Source: an uncultured Bacteroidales bacterium (lineage in GTDB: Bacteria > Bacteroidota > Bacteroidia > Bacteroidales > VadinHA17). From it: 64,000 nt of DNA. The translations under genes were made by a program, and so were the position numbers. Where the stretch lies: positions 142,518-206,517 of the forward strand of contig CAVURA010000018.1 of assembly GCA_963743775.1 (NCBI GenBank), written 5' to 3'. Below the pieces are notes generated by a model. That model ran no database searches. It was not told the origin of the DNA and saw only the letters and a program-made list of their open reading frames with translations. Positions 18,776 to 28,347 of the stretch are shown here, in pieces (the first letter of the stretch is position 1; the number at the start of each line of letters is the position of its first letter).

Positions 18776-21700
18776 TCAGAACCGGAAGTAGATAAAAGGC
18801 TGCAGGACTTCCGTACCCACCTTATTAAGCAGAATGGCGACTCCTATCGCGATCAGAAACTTTATCACCATGGGCATCCTGATGAAGAGCCCCCTGTATG
18901 CTTCCTTGACAGTAACAGGAAGAAAATGCAGTATATAGCCTGATGCAATAAGGATGAGGACAGGCAGATACGCCATGAGAACCACCCTGTAGTTTCCCGG
19001 ACTGAAGGAAGAAAATATCTGTGACAGCATAACGCCTGCATCTTCCAAAGATCCTGCACGGAAAAAGATCCAGGCAAAGCTCACAAAGTTAAAGGTTATG
19101 ATTATCCCGGCAAGGTGGGCAATACGGCTTTTCCTTTTCACACCCCGGAAGATCCATTGCCATATCCTGTCTAACACCAGCGCTATGCCGTGCAATCCGC
19201 CCCAGAGCACGAATCTTGTTGCCGCACCATGCCACAGGCCTCCGATCAGCATCGTTACCATTAAGCTAATTCCTGTGCGTACCGCTCCATGCCGGTTTCC
19301 TCCGAGAGGTATATAAAGGTAATCTTTCAGCCACCTTGACAGGGTAATATGCCACCGTTTCCAGAAATCACTGATGTTCGACGCCTTGTATGGAGAGTTG
19401 AAGTTCAGTGGCAGCCTGAACCCCATCAGCATGGCGACACCGATTGCAATATCAGTGTAGCCTGAGAAATCGCAGTAGATCTGAAGGCCGTATCCGTAAA
19501 CTGACATAAGGTTCTCGAAGCCTGAATATAGCGCGGGTGTATCAAAAACCCTGTCAATGAAACCGGCGGCTATAAAATCAGAAATGATCACCTTCTTTAT
19601 CAGCCCTTGCAGGATCAGGAACAGGCTGTGTCCGAACTCATTACGGCTGATGGTATATTCTCCCTTCATCTGGGGGACAAACTCAGAGGCCCTTACGATC
19701 GGACCCGCAACCAGCTGCGGGAAAAAGGTATGATAGAAGGAGTAGTCTATAAAGTTTCTGACCGGCTCTATCTTACCCCTGTAAACATCAATGTTATAGC
19801 TTAAAGCCTGAAAGGTGAAGAATGATATACCAATAGGGAGTATAATCTGTGATACATCAAAACTGGTACCGAACACATTGTTTGACCAGGCTGAGAAGAA
19901 ATCATAGCTCCTGAATGATGTGCCAAGAAGGGAATTAATGCTTTCGGTAAAGAAGCCTGCATATTTGAAATAAGAAAGTAATCCCAGCGAAACAATAATA
20001 TTAAGGATGAGCCAGAATCTCTTCATCGGTCTGCCATTGGCCCTGTTTGTGTACAATGCTGTCAGGTAGGTCGAAACGCAGCTGAACAGCAGGAGGATAA
20101 AGAAGAGGCCTCCTGCTTTATAATAAAAATATAGACTGACCAGTAAGAGCCAGGTGTGGCACATTGCCCTTTTATTCCTGATAAGGGCAAAACCGGCCAT
20201 TACAACCAGGAGGAAGACCCAGAATGCCGGCGTTGTAAAAATAAAAGTCTTCTGCGGATTATATTTAAGGAATGTCAGAACAGATCTATGGTGCTCAGCA
20301 TGCGGTTCTTCAACTGTTAACACAGTATCGGCAACAGAAGATGCTGCGGTTTCAGGAACAGGAATCACTCCGGGGTCAGATGCCGCCAGAAGTGTATCAG
20401 GAGGTTTACTTACTGCCGTGGTCCTGGCTATAAGCAGATCCGAATAGATCTTTAAAGCTATCGTGTCTGCCCCTGCATTGGAGAGATGAGTGAGATCCTT
20501 TCCGGCCAGGGGCGGCATATGATTATACCACCTGACTATTGAGCCCTTGCCTCCCATGGCTTCCCAGGCATCCCAGAATATCACTCCGCTTCGTACCGCT
20601 GCTCTTTTCTGGGCATCCCTGATAGCCGGGATATTCTTGTATGGTATGATTGTATCTTCTGATTTCAGGGCCATGTCGGTCAGGCTGACAAGGACCACCG
20701 GAGCGCCGCCCGAAACATTTCTGAGCCAGTCTACCTGCTTGGCAAGACCCTCCTCATAATAATGGTACTCGCTCCTGACATTTCTGACAACATTAAGTCC
20801 GAACTGATGGAATATCATGTCAGGGTGAAGCTTCGAAAAACAACCTGCAACACCTTCCGGATCAGTCATCACAAACTCGAGCCCGGCACTGCCTCTGACG
20901 GGGATATTATCAACAATCACCCCATGGTTGCTTTCCAGGCTGAGGGCATAAATATCCGGAGAGCTGCGACCGGTGAATTCAATTGTGACATCTGAAAGTG
21001 ATGGTAGCGGTGTGCTGTATTCAAGTGGGCCTTCACCTGTCTCAAGCATTGCGAAATCAAGCAGTTTACTGCCTGACCTTACGCTTACGAATACCGTATC
21101 AGGATTATTCCCATAGAATATCCGCAGATTCTCATATTTTGAAACTGATTCGTCGGCTCCGGGAACAGGTGTGATTTTAACCGAGGCATAAAGAGGTGTT
21201 CTCAGCGTGTCCTGCGGAGGTTTGAAACGGCAGACAGCGAGCATTGGTCCAAGCCTGTTGTGGGGCAGCACTCCGCTTCTGTAATCAAGCAGGGTGTACC
21301 TGACCCAGTTGGCCGATGACTTGACGACGTATGAGCGGGTATACATCACGGGCATGACAGGCGATATCAGCCCCGGGCCCGTTCCGCCGCCGCTTTCTCT
21401 AAGCTGTTTGCGAAGGAAAGAGGTCATCCTGTCACCCTCAATCTGCGAATCACCGTAGAACATTATTCTTACCTGCTTCCCGGCGGCAAGCGAATCTCTT
21501 ATCGCATCACCTGGAAAGAAAGGAGTGACAGTAACACGGTTCACGGAATCTTTCAATGCCGGGGCGGGCAGGGAGTCACGTGTGATCACCTCTGGCGGGG
21601 CTGTACCAGGCAGAACTGCCGCATGAGTGGCCGTGTCAGCCTTAACTGACTGAACCGGAACTGTATCAGCCAGCACTTCCTGAACCGGAACAGAATCAGC

Positions 21701-21847
21701 CGGAACAGATTGTTGCAGCAAGGTGTCAGAGGGTACTTTGAACAACGACTTATCACCCCAGAGCCTCCCGTCACCGGCTGCAAGGCTCAGGATAAACAGC
21801 GTCAGAACGACTGCCAGCAAAAAAAGAAAGATCCTGCCGGGGCGCAT
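18776..21847 (-). CDS. fusion protein: N-terminal TM anchor + SGNH/GDSL-like domain + C-terminal MBOAT (AlgI/PatA-like) O-acyltransferase
   Basis: 1023-aa ORF. The SGNH blocks are FYGDSQIEG (block I Ser), GLNV (block III) and DLTH (block V DxxH). The MBOAT region has FFTFQALSY, QLVAGPIVR, YCDFSGYTD, FWKRWHITLSRWL.DYLYIPLGGNR and GLWHGA. Confidence 0.8.
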   Translation of the reverse strand: MRPGRIFLFLLAVVLTLFILSLAAGDGRLWGDKSLFKVPSDTLLQQSVPADSVPVQEVLADTVPVQSVKADTATHAAVLPGTAPPEVITRDSLPAPALKDSVNRVTVTPFFPGDAIRDSLAAGKQVRIMFYGDSQIEGDRMTSFLRKQLRESGGGTGPGLISPVMPVMYTRSYVVKSSANWVRYTLLDYRSGVLPHNRLGPMLAVCRFKPPQDTLRTPLYASVKITPVPGADESVSKYENLRIFYGNNPDTVFVSVRSGSKLLDFAMLETGEGPLEYSTPLPSLSDVTIEFTGRSSPDIYALSLESNHGVIVDNIPVRGSAGLEFVMTDPEGVAGCFSKLHPDMIFHQFGLNVVRNVRSEYHYYEEGLAKQVDWLRNVSGGAPVVLVSLTDMALKSEDTIIPYKNIPAIRDAQKRAAVRSGVIFWDAWEAMGGKGSIVRWYNHMPPLAGKDLTHLSNAGADTIALKIYSDLLIARTTAVSKPPDTLLAASDPGVIPVPETAASSVADTVLTVEEPHAEHHRSVLTFLKYNPQKTFIFTTPAFWVFLLVVMAGFALIRNKRAMCHTWLLLVSLYFYYKAGGLFFILLLFSCVSTYLTALYTNRANGRPMKRFWLILNIIVSLGLLSYFKYAGFFTESINSLLGTSFRSYDFFSAWSNNVFGTSFDVSQIILPIGISFFTFQALSYNIDVYRGKIEPVRNFIDYSFYHTFFPQLVAGPIVRASEFVPQMKGEYTISRNEFGHSLFLILQGLIKKVIISDFIAAGFIDRVFDTPALYSGFENLMSVYGYGLQIYCDFSGYTDIAIGVAMLMGFRLPLNFNSPYKASNISDFWKRWHITLSRWLKDYLYIPLGGNRHGAVRTGISLMVTMLIGGLWHGAATRFVLWGGLHGIALVLDRIWQWIFRGVKRKSRIAHLAGIIITFNFVSFAWIFFRAGSLEDAGVMLSQIFSSFSPGNYRVVLMAYLPVLILIASGYILHFLPVTVKEAYRGLFIRMPMVIKFLIAIGVAILLNKVGTEVLQPFIYFRF

Positions 21848-21860
21848 AACATGTATCAGA

Positions 21861-23411
21861 TCAACCTTTTCTTCTGATCCTCAGCCTCTGTCCCACCTGT
21901 ATCCTGGAAGCATCGGAAATATTGTTCAACTTAAGGATATCCGTTGCAGACACACCGTCAAACAATTTTGCTATGTCCCATATGGTGTCACCATTCCGGA
22001 CTGTATAGAACTCATAGTCAGTGTCTGCCGAAGCAGTCACTGCCAGTTTAGCCGGCTCTGATGCCGTCGAAACACTTATGGCGCTGTTACCTGCCCTTTT
22101 CTGCTTATCCGCAAAACTCATTGAATTAACCTTACTGTAATATTCGGCCTTGGCAGGATCAACGTATATGGTAAGCTTCTGCCCTACCCTGATTGTATTG
22201 CGGTAGATATTATTCCAGTATCTCAGGTCAGAAAGTCCGACATTATACCATTCTGAAATGAACCCCAGGTTATCACCGTCCCTGACCACATAGGTCAGTT
22301 TCGTTCTCCCGTTTACATCGGGTGTGGAATAGGTCGACTGTGCAGGCGCTGACGTCTGATTGACCCTCGTAAGATACTGGTCCTTCCTGTAACCGGTTAT
22401 GGTATCAGCCATATCGATGAACTCCCCAAGCCTGTCGACAGGCAGGGTTATAGAGCTGGGTCTGGTTTTACCTGGCACAAGTCCCGTACGGTACTGCGGA
22501 TTAAGTGCCTTAAGCTCTTCCAGGGGAAGGTCAAGCACAGCGGCAATCTGCTCAAGGTGTATGTCCTGTGAGACCATCACAGTGTCAACTGCCAGCGGAA
22601 GATCTATCTGTATCGGGGTGATATTATGTTCACGGTAGTAATTCATCGAGTAAGTGGCTGCAACATATGCGGGAATGTAACCACGCGTCTCCCTTGGCAG
22701 CCGGTAATAAATCTCCCAGTAATCCTTGCGGTTCCCTGATCGCCTTATGGCTTTGTTTACGTTACCCGGGCCGCAGTTATAGGCTGCAATGACAAGAATC
22801 CAGTCGTTATATATGCCGTAAAGGTCTTTCAGGTATTTTGCGGCGGCATGTGTCGCTTTGACGGGATCACGGCGCTCATCCACAACTGAATTGATAGTGA
22901 GTCCGCACATGCGGCCCGTGCTGTACATAAACTGCCACAGTCCGGTAGCCCCCACCCTGCTGACAGCATTGGGGTTAAGGGCAGATTCGATGACAGCCAT
23001 ATATTTAAGTTCGACAGGAAGACCGTATGCATCAAAGATATCTTCGATCATGGGGAAATAATAATCCTGCAGCCCAAGCATTATCCTGAACTTGTCAACC
23101 TTTTTTTCAGTGTATACGTGAATATGGTTTCTTATGATATTGTTGTAAGGAAGGATTATGACCGAATTAATCCTGCCGATGCGGTCTTTATATACGGAAT
23201 CGGAAAACTCACCGATAACTGAATCCTGCTGCAGCAGATCGCTTCTGTCAACAGACATACGTATAAACCAGTTGTTAAGCAGGCTGTCGAGATCACGTTC
23301 AATAAGTTCCGTAGAGTCATCATTTCTGATTATAATGGTATCATTTACTGCATGAAGCATAAATGGGAACAGAACAACAAGAAGCGTGAGGACAATCCTT
23401 TTTATGGTCAT
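21861..23411 (-). CDS. lytic murein transglycosylase (MltD-like) with LysM domains
   Basis: SLT core VIESALNPNAVSRVGATGLWQFM and AAYNCGPGNV, plus C-terminal LysM repeats (YVVRDGDNLGFISEWY, YTVRNGDTIWDIAKLF). Confidence 0.85.
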   Translation of the reverse strand: MTIKRIVLTLLVVLFPFMLHAVNDTIIIRNDDSTELIERDLDSLLNNWFIRMSVDRSDLLQQDSVIGEFSDSVYKDRIGRINSVIILPYNNIIRNHIHVYTEKKVDKFRIMLGLQDYYFPMIEDIFDAYGLPVELKYMAVIESALNPNAVSRVGATGLWQFMYSTGRMCGLTINSVVDERRDPVKATHAAAKYLKDLYGIYNDWILVIAAYNCGPGNVNKAIRRSGNRKDYWEIYYRLPRETRGYIPAYVAATYSMNYYREHNITPIQIDLPLAVDTVMVSQDIHLEQIAAVLDLPLEELKALNPQYRTGLVPGKTRPSSITLPVDRLGEFIDMADTITGYRKDQYLTRVNQTSAPAQSTYSTPDVNGRTKLTYVVRDGDNLGFISEWYNVGLSDLRYWNNIYRNTIRVGQKLTIYVDPAKAEYYSKVNSMSFADKQKRAGNSAISVSTASEPAKLAVTASADTDYEFYTVRNGDTIWDIAKLFDGVSATDILKLNNISDASRIQVGQRLRIRRKG

Positions 23412-23421
23412 TTTCTGCGTT

Positions 23422-24087
23422 TTAAAATGTTCGTGTAAGTGTAAGAGTTAACCCCGGCGCAAGGCCGTAAGGAGAAACAGTAACCGGGATCAGCAATGCC
23501 TTCAGGTCATCAGTAATATCATAGTCAAAAAGACTTGCGTCGACCTGCGCATCGATGATGGTTACCAGGTACCATGCAACTATTCCGATGTAAGACAGGT
23601 CACGGTATCTGCGGTAATATTCCACTCCGTTCAGCAGCTGGGTTGTGACCCATGCCTCAGTGGAGGGATTGTAAGTTTCCGGATGGAGAACCGGGTCATA
23701 GTCTTCAGGATTAAGATTACTCATGCCTTTTATATCGAGGTAGCTGTCTGTCTCGGGAACAAGATCAGTGAAATCCTTGTAGGCATTGATATAAGCATTA
23801 TAATTGGTTCCGTTAAAGGAGGCGGCGTAACCCAACGCACCGAAGCCTGCATAGACTATCGGCAGTTTCCAGTATTTACGGTTGTAGATCTGTCCCATTC
23901 CTGGAAGAGCTGCTGCATACATTGTGGCCCTGATGGGCTCAAGGGTATATTTTTTTACCTTTTTTTCAGCCATGACAGGAATGGAATCCTGTGACCAGGC
24001 TCCGCAGGTTACAACACACATAAAAAAAAAGAATACCGCTATTTTTGTCAACAGCTTCAAAAGCAAACAGTTTTCGTTTGCCGGCAA
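23422..24087 (-). CDS. DUF5683 domain protein
   Basis: Contains the motif ALPGMGQIYNRKYWKLPIVYAGFG. This is the usual position between parB and mltD in Bacteroidota. The start at 24087 is a TTG. The next ATG (24021) would remove the signal peptide. Confidence 0.65.
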   Translation of the reverse strand: MPANENCLLLKLLTKIAVFFFFMCVVTCGAWSQDSIPVMAEKKVKKYTLEPIRATMYAAALPGMGQIYNRKYWKLPIVYAGFGALGYAASFNGTNYNAYINAYKDFTDLVPETDSYLDIKGMSNLNPEDYDPVLHPETYNPSTEAWVTTQLLNGVEYYRRYRDLSYIGIVAWYLVTIIDAQVDASLFDYDITDDLKALLIPVTVSPYGLAPGLTLTLTRTF

Positions 24088-24097
24088 ATATAATTAA

Positions 24098-24985
24098 TTA
24101 CCTATTAAGTTTATCGAGCAGGGCGATAATGCGTTCCATTTCATCGTTATCCGAGAATGGTATCACTATTTTTCCTCTTCCCTTTTCGTTAATGCGGAAC
24201 TGCACCTCAGAAGCGAAAAGTTTGCTCAGCTGCCCGGCAAGTTCCCCATATTCGGTATTGAGTTTCTTCCTCTTATCTCCCCTGGCAGGGTCCTTGGCGG
24301 CCTGGCTCTGGAAGTGCCGTACCAGATCTTCTGTAGCCCTGACCGACAGGTCTTCCTGAATTACGTGGTAGAAGATATTAATCTGTTTAATGGGGTCTTC
24401 AATATTCACAAGTGTGCGGGCATGTCCCATTGTGAGGCTTCTGTTGCGTATGCCAAGCTGTATCTCGGCAGGCAGGCGCAGGAGACGGAGATAATTCGAC
24501 ACTGTTGATCGCTGCTTGCCAACCCTGTCGCTCATCTGCTCCTGAGTGAGGTTGCACTCTTCTATCAGGCGCTGGTAGGTTATTGCCACCTCCATGGCGT
24601 CAAGATCTTCTCTCTGGATATTCTCCACGAGGGCCATCTCGAGCATCGCAGTGTCATCAGCCGTACGCACATAGGCTGGCACATGCGTCAGTCCTGCTAT
24701 ACGTGAGGCACGCAGCCTGCGCTCACCTGCTATAAGCTGGAACCGTCCGTCGCCTGAATCCCTGACAGTGAGTGGCTGGACAATGCCCAGCTGCCGTATT
24801 GATGCTGCAAGCTCTTCCAGTGCCTGGGCATCAAAACGCGTACGCGGCTGAAAGGGGTTGCTGTCAATGGAGTTGATGTCTATCTGCAGATTCACCTCGA
24901 CCTTTTTTTCGAGCACCTCTTTTTCAACACCATCTATAAGGGCTCCGAGGCCCCTGCCCAACGGGCTCTTTTTCACTGTGTTCAT
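24098..24985 (-). CDS. parB: chromosome partitioning protein ParB
   Basis: Contains GLGALI, NPFQPR and IAGERRLRAS, plus an HTH region. Confidence 0.95.
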   Translation of the reverse strand: MNTVKKSPLGRGLGALIDGVEKEVLEKKVEVNLQIDINSIDSNPFQPRTRFDAQALEELAASIRQLGIVQPLTVRDSGDGRFQLIAGERRLRASRIAGLTHVPAYVRTADDTAMLEMALVENIQREDLDAMEVAITYQRLIEECNLTQEQMSDRVGKQRSTVSNYLRLLRLPAEIQLGIRNRSLTMGHARTLVNIEDPIKQINIFYHVIQEDLSVRATEDLVRHFQSQAAKDPARGDKRKKLNTEYGELAGQLSKLFASEVQFRINEKGRGKIVIPFSDNDEMERIIALLDKLNR

Positions 24986-25002
24986 ACGACGGATAGCAGT
25001 TT

Positions 25003-25782
25003 TTAGTTCTTCTGTCTGGCCTCCACCCTCTCGAGGAGCTCACGCGCCAGATTGAGATAGTTGACCGTACCTCTTGATTCCGCATCGTAGAGTATAGCAG
25101 GCTGGCCATAACTTGGGGCCTCCGACAGCTTCACATTTCGCTGAATGATAGTGTTGAAGACCATCTGCTGAAAATGCCTCGTGACCTCTTCAACAACCTG
25201 ATTGGCAAGCCTGAGACGCGAATCATACATCGTCAGCAGAAATCCTTCGATCTCAAGCATGGGGTTCAGGTTGGTCTGAATAATCTTAATTGTATTCAGC
25301 AGCTTACCCAGCCCTTCAAGCGCAAAATATTCGCACTGAACGGGGATAATAACAGAATCGGCGGCGGTCAGCGCATTAACAGTCAGCAATCCGAGTGAAG
25401 GTGAACAGTCAATAAGTATGAAGTCATAGTCAGATGATATTCCCGCAAGCGCTTTCTTAAGGGTCTTCTCTCTTTCCGGCCTGTCAAGCATCTCAATCTC
25501 AGCCCCCACCAGGTCAATGTTTGAAGGTATGACAGAAAGGTTGTCAATGTTACATTTGACAACAGCCTCGCGCGAATTCACCCCGTCAATGAGACAGTCG
25601 TAGATAGTCACCTTCACCTGTTTGGAGTCTATTCCCACGCCTGAGGTGGCATTTGCCTGCGGATCGGCATCAACAATCAGTACCTTCTTTTCGAGCGCTG
25701 CCAGACTTGCAGCCAGATTGATGGCTGTAGTTGTCTTTCCTACTCCTCCCTTCTGATTTGCCAGTGCAATTATCCTTCCCAT
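25003..25782 (-). CDS. parA: chromosome partitioning ATPase ParA/Soj
   Basis: Deviant Walker A KGGVGKTT. Full-length 259-aa ParA-type ATPase. Confidence 0.95.
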   Translation of the reverse strand: MGRIIALANQKGGVGKTTTAINLAASLAALEKKVLIVDADPQANATSGVGIDSKQVKVTIYDCLIDGVNSREAVVKCNIDNLSVIPSNIDLVGAEIEMLDRPEREKTLKKALAGISSDYDFILIDCSPSLGLLTVNALTAADSVIIPVQCEYFALEGLGKLLNTIKIIQTNLNPMLEIEGFLLTMYDSRLRLANQVVEEVTRHFQQMVFNTIIQRNVKLSEAPSYGQPAILYDAESRGTVNYLNLARELLERVEARQKN

Positions 25783-25926
25783 ATAACCCTTTTTACCATT
25801 AATTTAATGAGCTCCAAATTTACAATATATGCCTATCCCGGGTAGCCGTGAGAAGTTTGTAATTGTAAACATTTCCCCTGTGGTTATTAACACTTTTTGA
25901 ACATCCGCAGGCGCAAAACAGACCGG

Positions 25927-27045
25927 TTAATTCCGGGCAGAGGCAGTGACAGTGATCTCAAAGAGCCGGGGCCAGTACTTTCCTGTCACAAAGAGACGCT
26001 TATTTGCAGCATCCCAGGCTATGCCGTTCAGGACGTCTGTCTCCTGTGAGTGGTCCTCCCGGGGAAGGATATTTGCCAGCTCGACATATCCCAGGACTTT
26101 GCCTGACAGGGGATCAATGCGTGCTATGTGCTCTGTCTGCCAAATATTCGCCCAGAGCTCTCCGTCGATCATTTCAAGCTCATTGAGACTGTCCACGATA
26201 CCTTTGTTATCCCATACCTCCACTGAGGAGAGGACGTTGAAGTCAGCATCAAGGAACCGGATGACATTAGTACCATCACTCATAACCAGCTTGTTATCCA
26301 TGGTTGTGAGGCCCCATCCCTGAGTCTGGTAATATATTTTGTTTAACTGGGTAAGTGTTTTCTTATCATAAACGAACCCCACTTTTGTGGTCCATGTCAG
26401 CTGATAAATGCGGTCATCAAGCAGTGCCACACCCTCGCCGAACAGCGATCCTTCAAGGTTTACCTGGCTGACCACTTTACCCGTCGCGGCTTCTACCTTT
26501 CTGAGGGTTGACTGGCCTTGCTGGCCGGTACCTTCATAAAAGTAACCCTCATCATATACCAGTCCCTGTGTATACGCATGCCTGTCATGAGGGTAACTTT
26601 TCACCACTTTATACCGATATGTCACCGGGGTGATGTCTGAGAGAAGCGACACAAAAAGGCTCACTGTCTGTGGTTTCGAAACAGGAGAGAAAGCCACGAC
26701 CCTGAGCGCGAGCCTGCCCGGTTTGCCTGCAGGTTCCAGTTCCACGGATGCCGGAAGCTCATAAATCGTGCTTTTCCTGCTGCCGCCGACCCACAGCTGA
26801 ACAGAGTCGATCTTTACCAATCCGGCAGCCTGAGTCACAGAGAAAGTTATTTTGTCAGAACAGATAAAACTGGCATTATCAGCAGGTGAAAGGACTTCTA
26901 TAAGTCGCTTTGCAGGTAAAGCATTTGTCCCTGCAGCAGTTACTCCGGCAACTGCCCCGCTCTTACCGTCTGAAGACCCTGAGCATGAGATAACAGATAC
27001 AAGTATCAGCAGAAAAAGAATTGAATATATGGTTTTTCTCTTCAT
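25927..27045 (-). CDS. glutaminyl-peptide cyclotransferase (beta-propeller type) with an N-terminal Ig-like domain
   Basis: Lipoprotein signal (VISC). Propeller motifs: YPHD..AYTQGL, EGTGQ.G.S.L, FGEG, GWGLT and NELE..DGELWANIW. Confidence 0.8.
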   Translation of the reverse strand: MKRKTIYSILFLLILVSVISCSGSSDGKSGAVAGVTAAGTNALPAKRLIEVLSPADNASFICSDKITFSVTQAAGLVKIDSVQLWVGGSRKSTIYELPASVELEPAGKPGRLALRVVAFSPVSKPQTVSLFVSLLSDITPVTYRYKVVKSYPHDRHAYTQGLVYDEGYFYEGTGQQGQSTLRKVEAATGKVVSQVNLEGSLFGEGVALLDDRIYQLTWTTKVGFVYDKKTLTQLNKIYYQTQGWGLTTMDNKLVMSDGTNVIRFLDADFNVLSSVEVWDNKGIVDSLNELEMIDGELWANIWQTEHIARIDPLSGKVLGYVELANILPREDHSQETDVLNGIAWDAANKRLFVTGKYWPRLFEITVTASARN

Positions 27046-27054
27046 CCGGCAATG

Positions 27055-27477
27055 TCATTTTTTCCCAAACAAGCTGAAGCGCCTTGTCTTGATAGCTCTC
27101 ATCGCCTGTTCCTCCCTTTCGGCCCAGGGGTCTATCATATTGAGTATCTCGCCCCATCCCGGGAAGCCCCCGGCATTCTTGTCGTCAATAAAAATATCCG
27201 CGTTTAGTTTCCTTGGAGTATCATCCACCCACTTCTCTTCCGGGTAATTACGGTTGACGGCGTAGAATTCAATGCCGTTTGAACGGCAGTATTCCACAGC
27301 TTCGTCAAGCTCTGTCCCTGTCCTGATCGTCCAGAGAATGAGCAGTGCACCCCTCTTCTGCAGCTCCCTGAGCGTAATAAAGGCAAAGAGTCTTTCCTTT
27401 CCGATTTCAGGATAGTCGTGCTCAACGATTGTGCCGTCGAAGTCAACCGCAATTTTGATGTTGGTAAGATCTCTCAT
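27055..27477 (-). CDS. small HAD-like hydrolase-fold protein (hypothetical)
   Basis: Trimmed to the ATG at 27477. IAVDFDGTIV resembles the DxDx(T/V) motif, and there is a downstream IDD. Confidence 0.5.
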   Translation of the reverse strand: MRDLTNIKIAVDFDGTIVEHDYPEIGKERLFAFITLRELQKRGALLILWTIRTGTELDEAVEYCRSNGIEFYAVNRNYPEEKWVDDTPRKLNADIFIDDKNAGGFPGWGEILNMIDPWAEREEQAMRAIKTRRFSLFGKK

Positions 27478-27521
27478 AATCCACCACAAAAATAAACAAA
27501 TAATAGTTGCCTATAATATTG

Positions 27522-27529
27522 TAATTTTG
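27522..27529 (+). promoter_or_regulatory. Bacteroidota -7 promoter box (TAATTTTG)
   Basis: TAnnTTTG match 20 nt upstream of the ATG at 27549. Confidence 0.4.
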
Positions 27530-27548
27530 CTATGCTTTTAAAAGAGAG

Positions 27549-28265
27549 ATGACAAAAAACGTACCGAACTTCATTACTTTGCTAAACCTTCTTTCCGGTT
27601 TTGCGGCAACAGTTCTTGCCTCAAAGGGTTATAATGAGTATGCTGCGCTGCTAATCATTGCAGGAGGTATCTTTGATTTTTGTGACGGTTTTGCGGCGCG
27701 TCTTCTGAAATCCTATTCAGCCATCGGAAAGGAGCTTGACAGTCTTGCTGATGTGGTGACCTTTGGCATCGCTCCTGGTGCCATTGTCCTCAACCTGCTT
27801 ATCGTTGCCGGCATGGCTATGGCACCTGCTTTCGTCCTGGCCTGTCTCATCCCTGCCGCCTCGGCACTGCGCCTGGCGAAATTCAATACTGACGCCACTC
27901 AGAGCACTTCCTTCAGAGGCCTTGCCACGCCGGCAAGCGCCTTCACGGTGATCTCATTTGTGATTGCCGCCGAATACAGCAGCTGTGCCGTCTGTGACAC
28001 GCTTGTGACATCATCATGGTTTATCGGAGCTCTCTCTCTCTTCCTGGCAGTGATGATGCTTGTCAACACAAGGATGTTTTCATTGAAATTCTCTCATCTC
28101 AGATGGGGCGGGAATGAAGAGAGGTATCTCCTGGCAGGAATCAGCCTGCTGCTCCTGCTGGTATTCCGGCTGGCCTCACCGCCGCTGATAATGGCAGCCT
28201 ACATTGTGATTTCACTCGTTTTTACTGTTATCAGGGGCAGGAAAACACCTTCAACGGCTGTGTAG
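27549..28265 (+). CDS. pssA: CDP-diacylglycerol--serine O-phosphatidyltransferase
   Basis: CDP-alcohol phosphatidyltransferase motif DGFAAR...GKELDSLAD in a 238-aa polytopic protein. Confidence 0.85.
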   Translation: MTKNVPNFITLLNLLSGFAATVLASKGYNEYAALLIIAGGIFDFCDGFAARLLKSYSAIGKELDSLADVVTFGIAPGAIVLNLLIVAGMAMAPAFVLACLIPAASALRLAKFNTDATQSTSFRGLATPASAFTVISFVIAAEYSSCAVCDTLVTSSWFIGALSLFLAVMMLVNTRMFSLKFSHLRWGGNEERYLLAGISLLLLLVFRLASPPLIMAAYIVISLVFTVIRGRKTPSTAV

Positions 28266-28347
28266 CTGTTCCATACCCCTGGCTTGCGTCCGGATCAATT
28301 CTTACCTGATCATACCAGGTACACCATGTGCTATTTACCGGAATCTG

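Noticed and set aside
25783-25926. Region upstream of parA inspected for parS (TGTTNCACGTGAAACA) or oriC-like DnaA-box clusters
   Set aside because: No parS-like palindrome or repeated TTATCCACA-like boxes were seen here or elsewhere in the window by eye. A computational scan is needed before claiming absence.
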